From NCBI GenBank assembly GCA_964495955.1, contig CAZBXS010000001.1, positions 1 through 39,952 on the forward strand: 39,952 nt of DNA. The letters are read 5' to 3'. A program made the position numbers and the translations under genes. This stretch comes from an uncultured Faecalibacterium sp. (GTDB taxonomy: Bacteria; Bacillota; Clostridia; Oscillospirales; Acutalibacteraceae). Numbering within the stretch: the first letter of the stretch is position 1; each line of letters starts with the position of its first letter. Positions 1-9,431 of the stretch are shown here, one piece after another. Below the pieces are notes generated by a model. It saw only the letters and a program-made list of their open reading frames with translations. It searched no databases and was not told the origin of the DNA.

Positions 1-167
1 AATTTATTTTGGTTGCATATATATTGTACTATATTTTTCTGCGTTTTCAAGCGAATTAACGATTTTGTCGATGAAAATTTGTCTTCAAAAACAAGCGGAG
101 ATTTGTGTATTTTCAACAAAATGTTGTTTAAATTTTAACTCTAACGACAAAAATTTTAGTTATTTTT

Positions 168-1334
168 TCAGCTGTAGTCGCTTTCGACCGTCATAACGAC
201 GAAACAGCTTTCGTTTTGCTTAGAAACTTTCTCTTTGACTGTACTTTCGAGTTCTTTTACGCTCATCTTAAAATCGTACGGGACAACGACATCGAAGATT
301 ATATTTGTGTGCGTCGGGCCGTCGACTACTCTGAAGTCGTGGAACGTAAGGCGTGCGTCAATCCCCTTGATTATATCTCCCGTCATTTCACGAAGTGCGT
401 TTATTCTCTCATCGTCAAACACGAGCGGATCGGGATGTACGACGAGATGTATATTCAATTTTTCAAGTGCCGTGTGTTCTATCAGATCGAGCATATCGTG
501 GGTTTCGACAAAATCGGCGTCGCTTCTGACTTCGACATGCACCGAGCCGAATACGGAATTTGCGCCGTAATTATGCAAAACGAGGTCGTGTATGCCCATT
601 ACACCGTCAAAACCTGTTACGAGCGTAACGAGTTCGTTTACTATATCTTTACTCGGCGGTTCGCCCAAAAGCGGACTTACAGTGTCTTTGAGTATACCGT
701 AGCCGGCGTAAAGTACGAGCAAGGCAACTACTGTTCCGACGTAGCCGTCGATATTGACGGAGAATATCTTCGATACGACTATCGACAAAAGTGACGCCGC
801 CGTTGCGCATATATCGCCGATACTGTCGGTGACAACGGCTGTCATAGCAGGCGAATTTATCTTCTTTCCTAATTTACGGTTAAAGAACGCAAGCCACAGC
901 TTTCCGACGATCGACATAACGAGTACAACCACTGTCGGTACGCTGAAATTGATTTCGTCGGGTGCGAAGATTTTCGAGACGGACGACTTTATAAGTTCCA
1001 CCGCCATCAAAAGTACCAAAAACGCAACGGCAAGAGCCGATATGTACTCAAATCTTCCGTGACCGAACGGGTGGTCTTTATCCGGCTTTTTGGCACTGAG
1101 TTTGAAACCGAAAAGCGTCACTATTGATGAGCCGGCATCGGAGAGGTTGTTAAATGCGTCGGCTGTTACGGCGATACTGTTTGACGCTGCACCGACTATG
1201 AATTTTCCCGCACAAAGCAGGAGATTTAACACTATTCCGACTGCGCCCGAAAGTATCCCGTACCTTTCTCGTACGGCGGGGTCTTTCGTGTTATCGCAGT
1301 CTTTTACAAATACTTTCAAAAGCAGGTTTGTCAA
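168..1334 (-). CDS. Cation diffusion facilitator (CDF) family metal efflux transporter
   Basis: 388-aa ORF with an N-terminal polytopic membrane domain and a cytoplasmic C-terminal domain. It carries CDF-like motifs (NLSDAGSS, DHPFGHGRFEY). TTG start 9 nt after GGGAG, 15 nt downstream of the preceding gene's stop. Confidence 0.85.
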   Translation of the reverse strand: MTNLLLKVFVKDCDNTKDPAVRERYGILSGAVGIVLNLLLCAGKFIVGAASNSIAVTADAFNNLSDAGSSIVTLFGFKLSAKKPDKDHPFGHGRFEYISALAVAFLVLLMAVELIKSSVSKIFAPDEINFSVPTVVVLVMSIVGKLWLAFFNRKLGKKINSPAMTAVVTDSIGDICATAASLLSIVVSKIFSVNIDGYVGTVVALLVLYAGYGILKDTVSPLLGEPPSKDIVNELVTLVTGFDGVMGIHDLVLHNYGANSVFGSVHVEVRSDADFVETHDMLDLIEHTALEKLNIHLVVHPDPLVFDDERINALREMTGDIIKGIDARLTFHDFRVVDGPTHTNIIFDVVVPYDFKMSVKELESTVKEKVSKQNESCFVVMTVESDYS

Positions 1335-1349
1335 TTCAAATTACTCCCT

Positions 1350-2336
1350 TTATTCGTTAATAACATGTACGTCGAGCTGATCGAACGGTATGGAAATTCC
1401 GTTTTTATCGAATGCGAGCTTAACATTTTCCTGTAAAGCATAATAAAGTTCCCAATATCTCTCGTTCATGCACCAACAGCGAAGTGTCAGCTGAACGCTG
1501 CTTGCTTCCTGTGCACTGACGACGACGGCGGGTACAGGATCCTTGAGTGCGGCGTCGGACTTTTCGACCAAATCGAGAATGACTTCTCGTGCCTTGGCGA
1601 TGTCGTCGGTATAGCTTATGGAAAACGCAATATCACAGCGTCTCTTTTCCTCGGCTGAATAATTGATTATGTGGTTCGACGTCACGTCGGAATTGGGCAT
1701 GATTATTCTCTTGTTGTCCGTACTCAAAAGTACCGTGTACATTATATTTATTTCGTTGACGCAGCCCGATACGCCTTTGATTTCGACAAAATCGCCCTTT
1801 TTGAACGGCTTGTTTATAATTATCATAATTCCGCTGGCGAACTGTGACACGCTGTTTTGCAAGCCTAAGCCGACAGCGACGCCGACAGATGCAAGTGCGG
1901 CGATAAACGAGCTGACATTAAGTCCGAGACTTGACAAGGCGGAAATGACGACAATTACGAGTATTGTAACTTTGACAAGCGTTTGGGCAAAATTATATAC
2001 AGACGGGTCGGTACCTCGCTTTTTCATCGCTTTAACAGTCAGTTTTGCGGCGGCTTTAGCGAAAATGAACCCTAAAACAAGCGTCAGAGCGGCGATTATC
2101 AACGACGGCAGAAGCTCCCACAATTTTTCGAGAGCACCCTCCCCTGTCCACTGCTTGAGATTGCTTACGATTTGGTTATTTTCAAGTGCCTTATTCGCTC
2201 CGTCGACAAATTCTTCGGCGGCTTGGCTGGCATTTTCGGCTATCTGACTTGCACCCTCGGCTATTTGGCTCGCACTTTCGGATAGCTTTCCGTCCTGTGT
2301 TGAAACTTCGGCTAATATAGGCAAAAACATTTTCAT
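1350..2336 (-). CDS. Mechanosensitive ion channel (MscS family) protein
   Basis: The C-terminal half has an MscS-like beta-domain signature (INKPFKKGDFVEIKGVSGCVNEINIMYTVLLSTDNKRIIMPNSDV), preceded by TM helices. Start trimmed to the ATG at 2336 (GGAGG 8 nt upstream); the ORF-track start at 2384 lacks an RBS. The N-terminus has a short tandem ASQIAE(G/N) repeat. Confidence 0.85.
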   Translation of the reverse strand: MKMFLPILAEVSTQDGKLSESASQIAEGASQIAENASQAAEEFVDGANKALENNQIVSNLKQWTGEGALEKLWELLPSLIIAALTLVLGFIFAKAAAKLTVKAMKKRGTDPSVYNFAQTLVKVTILVIVVISALSSLGLNVSSFIAALASVGVAVGLGLQNSVSQFASGIMIIINKPFKKGDFVEIKGVSGCVNEINIMYTVLLSTDNKRIIMPNSDVTSNHIINYSAEEKRRCDIAFSISYTDDIAKAREVILDLVEKSDAALKDPVPAVVVSAQEASSVQLTLRCWCMNERYWELYYALQENVKLAFDKNGISIPFDQLDVHVINE

Positions 2337-2434
2337 ATTCAGTACCTCCGTAAAAATATATGACATCGGCAAAGCGAATTTCACTTACCCGTACAAAATT
2401 ATATCATTAAATCGACACTATTGCAAGATTAACG

Positions 2435-2470
2435 CAAAAACATACAGAGCGGTTTTGACCGCCCTGTATG
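2435..2470 (-). terminator. Rho-independent terminator after the carrier-protein gene
   Basis: Minus strand reads catacagggcgg-tcaaaa-ccgctctgtatg followed by TTTTTG. The single imperfect pair is G-U only in the minus-strand RNA, which fits the orientation. Confidence 0.75.
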
Positions 2471-2498
2471 CTGAAATTTGATCGTTTCGGGTTGGAAA

Positions 2499-2726
2499 TC
2501 AGTTCTGACTTTCTTCGATAATTCTCAGAACGTCGGCGACCGTCTCAAGTGCCATAGCGTCACGGTCTGAAATTTCGAGTTCGAACTCGTTTTCGATAGC
2601 GACGGCAAGATTGAGCAAAGAAAGCGAATCGAGAGCGAGATCCCGTCTTATATTCGTTTCTTCGGTGATGTCCTCCGGCGCAACATCTGCGTAGTCACAA
2701 ATAATTTCTCTGAGTTTTTCAAGCAT
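2499..2726 (-). CDS. Stand-alone acyl/peptidyl carrier protein (phosphopantetheine-binding)
   Basis: 75 aa, acidic, with a carrier-protein Ser motif (LALDSLSLLNL). It starts 14 nt downstream of the ligase gene, with a GAGGG RBS. Confidence 0.85.
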   Translation of the reverse strand: MLEKLREIICDYADVAPEDITEETNIRRDLALDSLSLLNLAVAIENEFELEISDRDAMALETVADVLRIIEESQN

Positions 2727-2740
2727 AATATTACCCTCTT

Positions 2741-4489
2741 TTAATTATTTACAAGATTTTTTTCGTTGTAGGCATCGACAACCTTCTGTCTGACAATCTT
2801 ACGCGTTGAGGTCTTGGGGAATTCCTCGAAGACGACCATAACGTCCTGAACGCGCTTATATGATGACATTTGTCTGTTCACATTCGACATATCGTCAAGC
2901 ACAAGCTTTTCGATTTCCTCTCGGCTCTTGTCCGGGAAATCGTTGGGCTCGACGTAAATTCCGACAACTATCATCTTGTGATCCTTGCCTTTTATATTCT
3001 TGACCGCTTCGAACGCGACAACCTCGCGAACGTAGCGTATGCCTTCCATAATGTTACTCTCGATTTCTTCGGGGAATACATTTTTACCGTTATCGAGAAT
3101 TATGAGATTTTTCTTTCTTCCGACGACGAACAGCTCGTTTTTGTCGTTCGTTCTTCCGTAGTCGCCCGTCTTGAACCATTCGCCTTCAAAGGAAGCTTTT
3201 GTCGCTTCCTCGTCTTTATAGTAGCCTTTAAAGAGGTTAGCACCGGTTATCCAAATCTCACCTACACCGTTTTCGTCGGGGTCGACTATCTTAAATTTAG
3301 CCTTCGGGAACGCAAAGCCCGCAGATTCGGGACTTGTTCCGGCGTTAAGGTTAAGGGTGACTGTGGGTGAGGACTCGGTTAAGCCGTAGCCCTGATAGAC
3401 GTTAAAGCCGAAGGAGTACAGCCCGGAAACGTGCTCAAATCTTGACGGAGCACCGCCGCAGACGAGAGTCGGGAAGGTGTCGCCGAAATTCTTTCTGACG
3501 CTTGCAAAGAAAACGTTTCTCAAATCTATACCGTGCGCTAAGAGCTTGTCGCTGAGCTTAACTAGCTTTCTTAGCGCGTCCGCCTTTCCCTTTTGCTCCG
3601 CCGCAGCCCAAATTCCGTTGTATATACCTTCAAGTATCAGCGGAACGGAATTAAACGCGTCGGGCTTGAAAAGCTGGATGTTCGGCAATATGTTTCTCAA
3701 GCTGTCGTTGATGTATATAACGGCGTTCATATATATCGATGTCATTATATTACAGCTAAGCTCGTAGACGTGGTTCATCGGAAGGACTGAAAATGACGTG
3801 GCTTCCTGATATATTGTGTCGACAATTCCGTCAACGTTAGAGGCAAAATTATAGTGGCTGAGCATAACGCCCTTGTTCGCACCTGTCGTTCCCGAGGTGA
3901 AAACTATGACAGCTATGTCATCCTTTTCGACTTTGGCGTTTATGTAGCTTTTGTCGCCGCTTTTGATAAGCTCTCTGCCCTTTTCTATAAGAGCGTCGAT
4001 TGAAGAAAATTCATCGCTCTTTCCGCTTAAAGCGAATACGCTTTTGCACTTGTCAGATTTTTCCGCGTACATCTTAGCGGCCTTGAAATAGGTCTTAGAG
4101 CAGAAAACGGCTTCACAGTCGGCTTTATCCATAAGCTTACAAAGCTCATAGTCAGTCAGCTCCTTGTCAAGCGGCACCGAAACTCCGACACCGCAGGCAA
4201 CCGCAAAGAATGCAACTATCCAGTTGAACGAGCCCTCGCCGAGAATTGCGATGTGCTTTCCACGAAGCCCCATACTGTTAAGGGCTGTACCCAGTGAATA
4301 GATACTTTCGCAAAGCTCCTTGTTGGTGTGCTCGATAAGCTCCTTCTTGTTCTTTTCAACTATCGCAAGCCTATCGCCGTACACCGAATAAGCCCTCGAA
4401 ATAAGGGTTTGAAGGGTGTCAAGCTCGCCCATTGAATGTGCCTTGTGTCTTAGTTTGATTAGCTCGGGACTGACTTTCTTCTTTTTCAC
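2741..4489 (-). CDS. AMP-dependent acyl ligase (fatty-acyl-AMP / long-chain acyl-CoA synthetase-like)
   Basis: Adenylate-forming superfamily motifs: TSGTTGANKGVMLSH, QGYGLTESS, TGDYGRT, GRKKNLIIL, PKTSTRKI. GTG start 8 nt after AGGAGG. Confidence 0.85.
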   Translation of the reverse strand: MKKKKVSPELIKLRHKAHSMGELDTLQTLISRAYSVYGDRLAIVEKNKKELIEHTNKELCESIYSLGTALNSMGLRGKHIAILGEGSFNWIVAFFAVACGVGVSVPLDKELTDYELCKLMDKADCEAVFCSKTYFKAAKMYAEKSDKCKSVFALSGKSDEFSSIDALIEKGRELIKSGDKSYINAKVEKDDIAVIVFTSGTTGANKGVMLSHYNFASNVDGIVDTIYQEATSFSVLPMNHVYELSCNIMTSIYMNAVIYINDSLRNILPNIQLFKPDAFNSVPLILEGIYNGIWAAAEQKGKADALRKLVKLSDKLLAHGIDLRNVFFASVRKNFGDTFPTLVCGGAPSRFEHVSGLYSFGFNVYQGYGLTESSPTVTLNLNAGTSPESAGFAFPKAKFKIVDPDENGVGEIWITGANLFKGYYKDEEATKASFEGEWFKTGDYGRTNDKNELFVVGRKKNLIILDNGKNVFPEEIESNIMEGIRYVREVVAFEAVKNIKGKDHKMIVVGIYVEPNDFPDKSREEIEKLVLDDMSNVNRQMSSYKRVQDVMVVFEEFPKTSTRKIVRQKVVDAYNEKNLVNN

Positions 4490-4506
4490 GCCTGTTGCCT
4501 CCTGAA

Positions 4507-5901
4507 TTATTTTATATCGTCCAAATCGTCAAGTATCTCTCCGACGGTAATATCGGGGTTCTCAATTCCCTCGGTTATAGCCTTCATGGCGTTATCGTGG
4601 AGAAGATTTATCTGGTCGGCTGTTATCGTATGCGGTCTATACATATAGATAAAGTCCGTTCCGCCGCTCTTCGGGTCGGGAATGGCGAAGATGTAAAGCT
4701 GCATAGAAAATCTGCCGTTGGAATATGACTTAAATTCGGCGTCAAAATTATGCTCCTTTATCGCAAAGCCGATAGGCATCCACGAGAACATAAAGCTCGA
4801 CGGGCCCTGAGAAGCGGAATAGCCGAATTCCTGTTGCTGAAGAAAGCGCGCTTCAAGGTACGGGAAATTCATGTGCCTTATCAGCGTGTTTCGGCAATCG
4901 GCGACCTTGCCTACCGCCTGTCTGAAGGTGTCGGTCTCATTTGTGATAGTTCTTATCTGCAAGGGCTGAGCTACACAGCCGCCCATCATCTTGTCCTTAA
5001 CTACCGCTCGGCGTGAGCAGATGAGCATATTGAGAACGTCGGGAGTTCTGTAGTTGACCTTTGAAGCGTGAGCTCTCAAGCCGTACAGGAAAACATTTTC
5101 CGGCACTACCGACTCCTGCTTGCAATAAGCGTAGATCTTCTCTGTATCCTCCGCGCTGACAAATCTTCTGATGATTTTCGTCTTGTCGTGGATGGGATCG
5201 AATACCGCGGGAACGCGGATGTTGGGATCCTTCTTTCTCGCTTTGTCGAGAATGTCGTGACCGTGTACGCCCGCGTACATCGGCTCGCCGTCCTTCTTCC
5301 AGTAATCGATGTAGAACTCTCTGTCCTTTGCGTGCAGCTTCTCATTTGAAAGATATTGCATTTCGCGAAGGATGTGCTCCTCGTAGGAATAAAGCGGCTT
5401 CGGCATTTCCTCGCCGTTTTTCAGCGCCTTGTAGACAGCAAGAAGATCGGCGAAAAATACCGCCTGACCTAAAGCGTCGGTCACAAGGTGAGAGACATTG
5501 AAGTAAATGCCTGTCTTTGAGTCGTGAGTTCTGTAAAAGACAATTCTGAAGGTTTCGTCCTTGAGGAACTTAATAGGCTTTTGCGCGTCCTTTTCGAAGT
5601 ACTTTTCTTCCTCCTGCTTTGTCTTAAAGGTTAAAACGGGGATGTTGTTGTCAGAGTAGGTCGGCAGGAAATACTGCTTGACCTGTTTGTCGACCTTTGT
5701 GAAACGAAGTCTGAGGGCGTCGTTTCTTTCAAATTCGATGTTCAGCGCTTTTTTAAGCAGGTCGAAGTCAAGCTTGTCGTTTATAACAACAGCCGACGGT
5801 ATCTGAATTACCTGCTTGTGGATACTGTATTTAACCATAATATACATCGTCTGCTGAGACGGTATCATATCATACAGCTTGTAGTTCACTTCTTGCGCCA
5901 T
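4507..5901 (-). CDS. Stand-alone NRPS-type condensation (C) domain protein
   Basis: 464 aa, the size of a single C domain. N-terminal region resembles C1 (YDMIPSQQTMYIM). It has an active-site-like xHxxxD core (NVSHLVTDALG, a variant of HHxxxDG). No A, T or TE domain is fused. Confidence 0.7.
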   Translation of the reverse strand: MAQEVNYKLYDMIPSQQTMYIMVKYSIHKQVIQIPSAVVINDKLDFDLLKKALNIEFERNDALRLRFTKVDKQVKQYFLPTYSDNNIPVLTFKTKQEEEKYFEKDAQKPIKFLKDETFRIVFYRTHDSKTGIYFNVSHLVTDALGQAVFFADLLAVYKALKNGEEMPKPLYSYEEHILREMQYLSNEKLHAKDREFYIDYWKKDGEPMYAGVHGHDILDKARKKDPNIRVPAVFDPIHDKTKIIRRFVSAEDTEKIYAYCKQESVVPENVFLYGLRAHASKVNYRTPDVLNMLICSRRAVVKDKMMGGCVAQPLQIRTITNETDTFRQAVGKVADCRNTLIRHMNFPYLEARFLQQQEFGYSASQGPSSFMFSWMPIGFAIKEHNFDAEFKSYSNGRFSMQLYIFAIPDPKSGGTDFIYMYRPHTITADQINLLHDNAMKAITEGIENPDITVGEILDDLDDIK

Positions 5902-5967
5902 TTTCCATACCTTCTTTCTTAAACTCTTAATAAAGTTTAATTTTTCGTTTCTAAAGTCGCCTAAGAT

Positions 5968-5996
5968 ATACTATCACTTTGCCAACATCAAGTCAA
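5968..5996 (-). promoter_or_regulatory. Sigma-A type promoter for the C / ligase / ACP operon
   Basis: Minus strand: TTGACT, 17 nt, TAGTAT, with TGa directly upstream of the -10 (extended -10). About 65 nt upstream of the ATG at 5901. Confidence 0.6.
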
Positions 5997-6065
5997 CGGT
6001 TTAAGCGAAATTTTACACACCTGTCTAAAATAATAATTTTTCGCTAAATAGTTTTAATGCTTTGT

Positions 6066-8453
6066 TCATTTTAGTGTAACAATTGTTACTCCGCTTTCGC
6101 CCTCGCCGAAAGTTCCCAAGCGGAAACTTTTTACAGCCGGATTATGCCTGAGATAATCCTGTATGCCTTTTCTGAGTACACCTGTGCCTTTTCCGTGAAT
6201 TATCGAGATTTCGTTTATGCCCATTCTAAGACTGTGGTCGATAAAGCGGTCGACTTCCATTATGCCTTCTTCTACGTTCATTCCCCGAAGGTCGCACTCG
6301 GTTTTTGCCGTAGCGGAAAGCCTGCTTTCGTCTCTTGGGGGTCTTACGGTTCTTTGTTTGTTCGCTGTCTGTTTTTTCTTTCCGGAAAGCAAACGTAAAT
6401 CTTCCTTTTTGACACGGGTCTTCATCAATCCCGCCTGTACGGTAACAAAGCCGTTTTTGTCTTCAAGCGCAATAACTTCCGCTTCGTTTCCGATGTTTTG
6501 GAGAAGTACCCTGTCGCCTATGCGAAGTTCCCTCGGCAAGACGTATTCTTCCGGGTCTTCAAAGCGTGAAATTACGGGATTTGTTATTTCGTCAAGTTCG
6601 CCTAAGCTCTTTTTAATTTGCTGTCTTGCCCTGCGTGCAAGTTCGTTGGCGTCGCTCGTTTTTGACTTTTCTTTCTTGAATTCGTCAAGGTCGTACAGTA
6701 AAGCATGTGATGCACGCTTGGCTTTTTCGACAATTCTGAGTGCTTCTCTTCTGGCTTTTTCTATCTCTTTTTCTCTTAATTCGTCGATGCTTTCTTTGTA
6801 CTGTTTGGCTTTTTCTCTGTCCTGTTGTGCCTGCTGTTTGAGAAGTTCGGCTTCTTCTTTTCTTGTCTCGAATTCCTGACGGCTTTTTTCGAGATTTTCG
6901 ACGACATCTTCAAAGCGTGTATTTTCGCTTGAGACAAGTTCTTTTGCACGTTCGACTATGTTTTCGTCCATTCCGAGCCTTGTTGAAATTGCGAATGCGT
7001 TACTTCTACCCGGTACTCCTATCAGTAATCTGTAGGTCGGTCTGAGGGTCGAAACATCGAATTCACAACAGCCGTTTTCAATTCTCGGTGTACTCAATGC
7101 GTACGCTTTAAGTTCGGCGTAGTGAGTCGTCGCAGCCACTTTTGCGCCTTGTATATGCAGTCTTTCAAGTATCGCCGTCGCAAGAGCCGCACCCTCAACG
7201 GGATCGGTTCCGGCGCCCAACTCGTCAATAAGTACCAAACTTTTTTCATCGGCTGAATTTATGATGTCGATTATATTCGTCATGTGAGCCGAGAAAGTCG
7301 ACAGCGACTGCTCAATACTTTGTTCGTCGCCTATGTCGGCAAGTACTCGGTCAAAGACGGAAATAACGCTCCTGTCCGCCACGGGAATCATCAGTCCGCA
7401 CATCGTCATCAGCGTCAAAAGTCCGACCGTCTTTATCGAAACGGTTTTACCGCCAGTATTGGGGCCTGTGATGACGAGGGTGTCGAAGTCGTCGCCGAGC
7501 CTTATATCAGTCGCAACGACCTTGTCTTTATCTATAAGCGGGTGACGTGCGTGACGCAGATTTATTATCCCTTTGTCGTTAAGTTCGGGTACTGCGGCTT
7601 TCATGTCGTAGGCTAATTTCGCTTTGGCGAATATCAAATTCAAGCTGACGGCGTTTTCGTAGCTGGATTTTATGCTCGAAGCAAATGAGCCCGCAAGGGA
7701 AGAAAGTTCAGCTAAAATTCTGTCTATTTCGTCTTTTTCTTTTCCCTGAAGTACTTTTATTTCGTTATTCGCCTCAACGACTGCTGTCGGTTCGACGAAA
7801 ACGGTCGCACCGCTTGACGAAGTGTCATGTACCAAACCCGAAATTTCGCCTCTGTTTTCGAGTTTTACCGGTACGACATAACGTCCGTTTCTCATGGTGA
7901 CGATCGGCTCACGAAGGTATTTCGCAACCGACTGCGAATGGGTCATTTTGTCCAATTTTTCCCGTACTCTCGCCGAAGCGGCACGGATTTTTCTTCTTAT
8001 GTCGTACAGTTCGGGAGAAGCGTTATCGGAAATTTCTTCCTCGCTTATAATAGCGGTCGTAATCTTTTCTTCCAAGAATCTGTTGGGCATGAGGGCGGAA
8101 AAATACCCGTCAATGTGCGTTTTTATCGCACTGTCGCCGTGCCAGTTCGAAAGTGAACGGATCACCCTCAAATCCTCGGCTATGTATAAAAGTTCCGGTA
8201 TGTTCAGTACACCGCCTGCCTCGGCTCTGCTAACGGCGTTATTTACGTTGCGAAGTCCGCCGAAATTGGGCGCTCCGAATTTCGCCATAAGCATGTGAGC
8301 GTCCGCCGTTTGATCAAGCAAAGTCTGTACAGCGTTTAAATTCGTTTTCGGCTCAAGTTCCAACGCCGCCTGTCTTGCATCGTCACAGGTCGTGCGTAAA
8401 GCGAGCAGTTCGAGTATTTTTTCAAGCTCTAATGCTTTCATATGTTTGTCCAT
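6066..8453 (-). CDS. mutS2: Endonuclease MutS2 (MutS domain V ATPase plus C-terminal Smr domain)
   Basis: 795 aa with Walker A ITGPNTGGKT, DELGAGTDP, a charged coiled-coil linker and an Smr-like C-terminus (ISIIHGKGTGVLRKGIQDYL). AGGAG RBS. Confidence 0.92.
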   Translation of the reverse strand: MDKHMKALELEKILELLALRTTCDDARQAALELEPKTNLNAVQTLLDQTADAHMLMAKFGAPNFGGLRNVNNAVSRAEAGGVLNIPELLYIAEDLRVIRSLSNWHGDSAIKTHIDGYFSALMPNRFLEEKITTAIISEEEISDNASPELYDIRRKIRAASARVREKLDKMTHSQSVAKYLREPIVTMRNGRYVVPVKLENRGEISGLVHDTSSSGATVFVEPTAVVEANNEIKVLQGKEKDEIDRILAELSSLAGSFASSIKSSYENAVSLNLIFAKAKLAYDMKAAVPELNDKGIINLRHARHPLIDKDKVVATDIRLGDDFDTLVITGPNTGGKTVSIKTVGLLTLMTMCGLMIPVADRSVISVFDRVLADIGDEQSIEQSLSTFSAHMTNIIDIINSADEKSLVLIDELGAGTDPVEGAALATAILERLHIQGAKVAATTHYAELKAYALSTPRIENGCCEFDVSTLRPTYRLLIGVPGRSNAFAISTRLGMDENIVERAKELVSSENTRFEDVVENLEKSRQEFETRKEEAELLKQQAQQDREKAKQYKESIDELREKEIEKARREALRIVEKAKRASHALLYDLDEFKKEKSKTSDANELARRARQQIKKSLGELDEITNPVISRFEDPEEYVLPRELRIGDRVLLQNIGNEAEVIALEDKNGFVTVQAGLMKTRVKKEDLRLLSGKKKQTANKQRTVRPPRDESRLSATAKTECDLRGMNVEEGIMEVDRFIDHSLRMGINEISIIHGKGTGVLRKGIQDYLRHNPAVKSFRLGTFGEGESGVTIVTLK

Positions 8454-8463
8454 TTTCTTCTCC

Positions 8464-9204
8464 TTATTCGGTTATCTTGTAAAATTCCAAGGTTCTGTAT
8501 TTTCTCATCGTTACTCTCAAAAGATACTGTTCGACGACCCCGTTAAATTCGAGCATCGCCCCCTCTTTTAAATTGAAAGAGAACAGCTTCTCATTCTCCG
8601 AAAATGCAACGTGACGCATGGCGGTTACGGTACTTATGGAGATGGGTACGTTCGCCTTGGTCTGATTACATTCATCGCAGAACAGTTCGCCGTTCGCAGT
8701 GTTGAAGTACATTATATCGCTTTCGAATTTTCCGCATGTTTCGCAGCCTAAAAGGTCGGGCATATATCCTGCCATACAGAGAAATCTCAGTTCGACTATC
8801 GGCTTTAAAAGTCGGCGGTCACGTTTTTCGTTTGTGAGCATGTAAAGCGAGTTTAAAAGCAGTTTCATATATTCTTCGGCGGTTTCTTCTCTCGGTGAAA
8901 GTTCCGCCGCCAGCTCACAGAAATACTGAGCGAGTGCAATCGCCTGTATGCTGTTTCTCAGCTCAAAAAAAGTTTGTTTTACGACTGCGTCCTCGATAGA
9001 ATAGACGCCTTTTCCCGAACGGTAAATATCAAAATCACAATAGCAAAACAGCTGTGTTGAACTGCTTTTTCTGTTGCGTGGACTTTTGGCACCATGAGCG
9101 AAAGCCCTGATGACGCCTTTTTCTTGCGTCAGCAGGGTCACGAGTTTATCGTTTTCCTTTGTCGTCTGTTCACGTATCACTACGCCGCTCGTTTTTATGT
9201 GCAT
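8464..9204 (-). CDS. recO: DNA repair protein RecO
   Basis: About 246 aa. Has an N-terminal OB-like region and a Cys cluster (CETCGK...CDEC) typical of RecO, and sits in the conserved era / yqzL / recO position. I prefer the ATG at 9204 (AAGGA 8 nt upstream) over the track's TTG at 9210. Confidence 0.85.
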   Translation of the reverse strand: MHIKTSGVVIREQTTKENDKLVTLLTQEKGVIRAFAHGAKSPRNRKSSSTQLFCYCDFDIYRSGKGVYSIEDAVVKQTFFELRNSIQAIALAQYFCELAAELSPREETAEEYMKLLLNSLYMLTNEKRDRRLLKPIVELRFLCMAGYMPDLLGCETCGKFESDIMYFNTANGELFCDECNQTKANVPISISTVTAMRHVAFSENEKLFSFNLKEGAMLEFNGVVEQYLLRVTMRKYRTLEFYKITE

Positions 9205-9325
9205 TTTCAATATCCTTTTTATCGGGATTTTCCTCGGCAGTCTCCGTCGCTTCGTAAAACTTGATATAGTCCGCCACTTTTCCCGTATTCAAAAAGTTAA
9301 GCCACAACTCGTTTTTGTCGTCCAT
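9170..9325 (-). CDS. yqzL: YqzL-like small protein (51 aa); not in the supplied ORF track (below 60 aa)
   Basis: My own translation of the minus strand gives MDDKNELWLNFLNTGKVADYIKFYEATETAEENPDKKDIENAHKNERRSDT*. The ATG lies 4 nt after GAGGCGGTGA. It occupies the era-recO gap where Bacillus carries yqzL, and the W..F..TG....Y motif resembles that family. It overlaps the recO start by 35 nt. Confidence 0.6.
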   Translation of the reverse strand: MDDKNELWLNFLNTGKVADYIKFYEATETAEENPDKKDIENAHKNERRSDT

Positions 9326-9431
9326 TATATCACCGCCTCAAATATTCTAAATGTAGTCTTTGAACATTCCTCGGCGATATAAGTTGGAAATTTTATCTTA
9401 AATTGTTTTCCCGTACAGGTGAATATTTACA

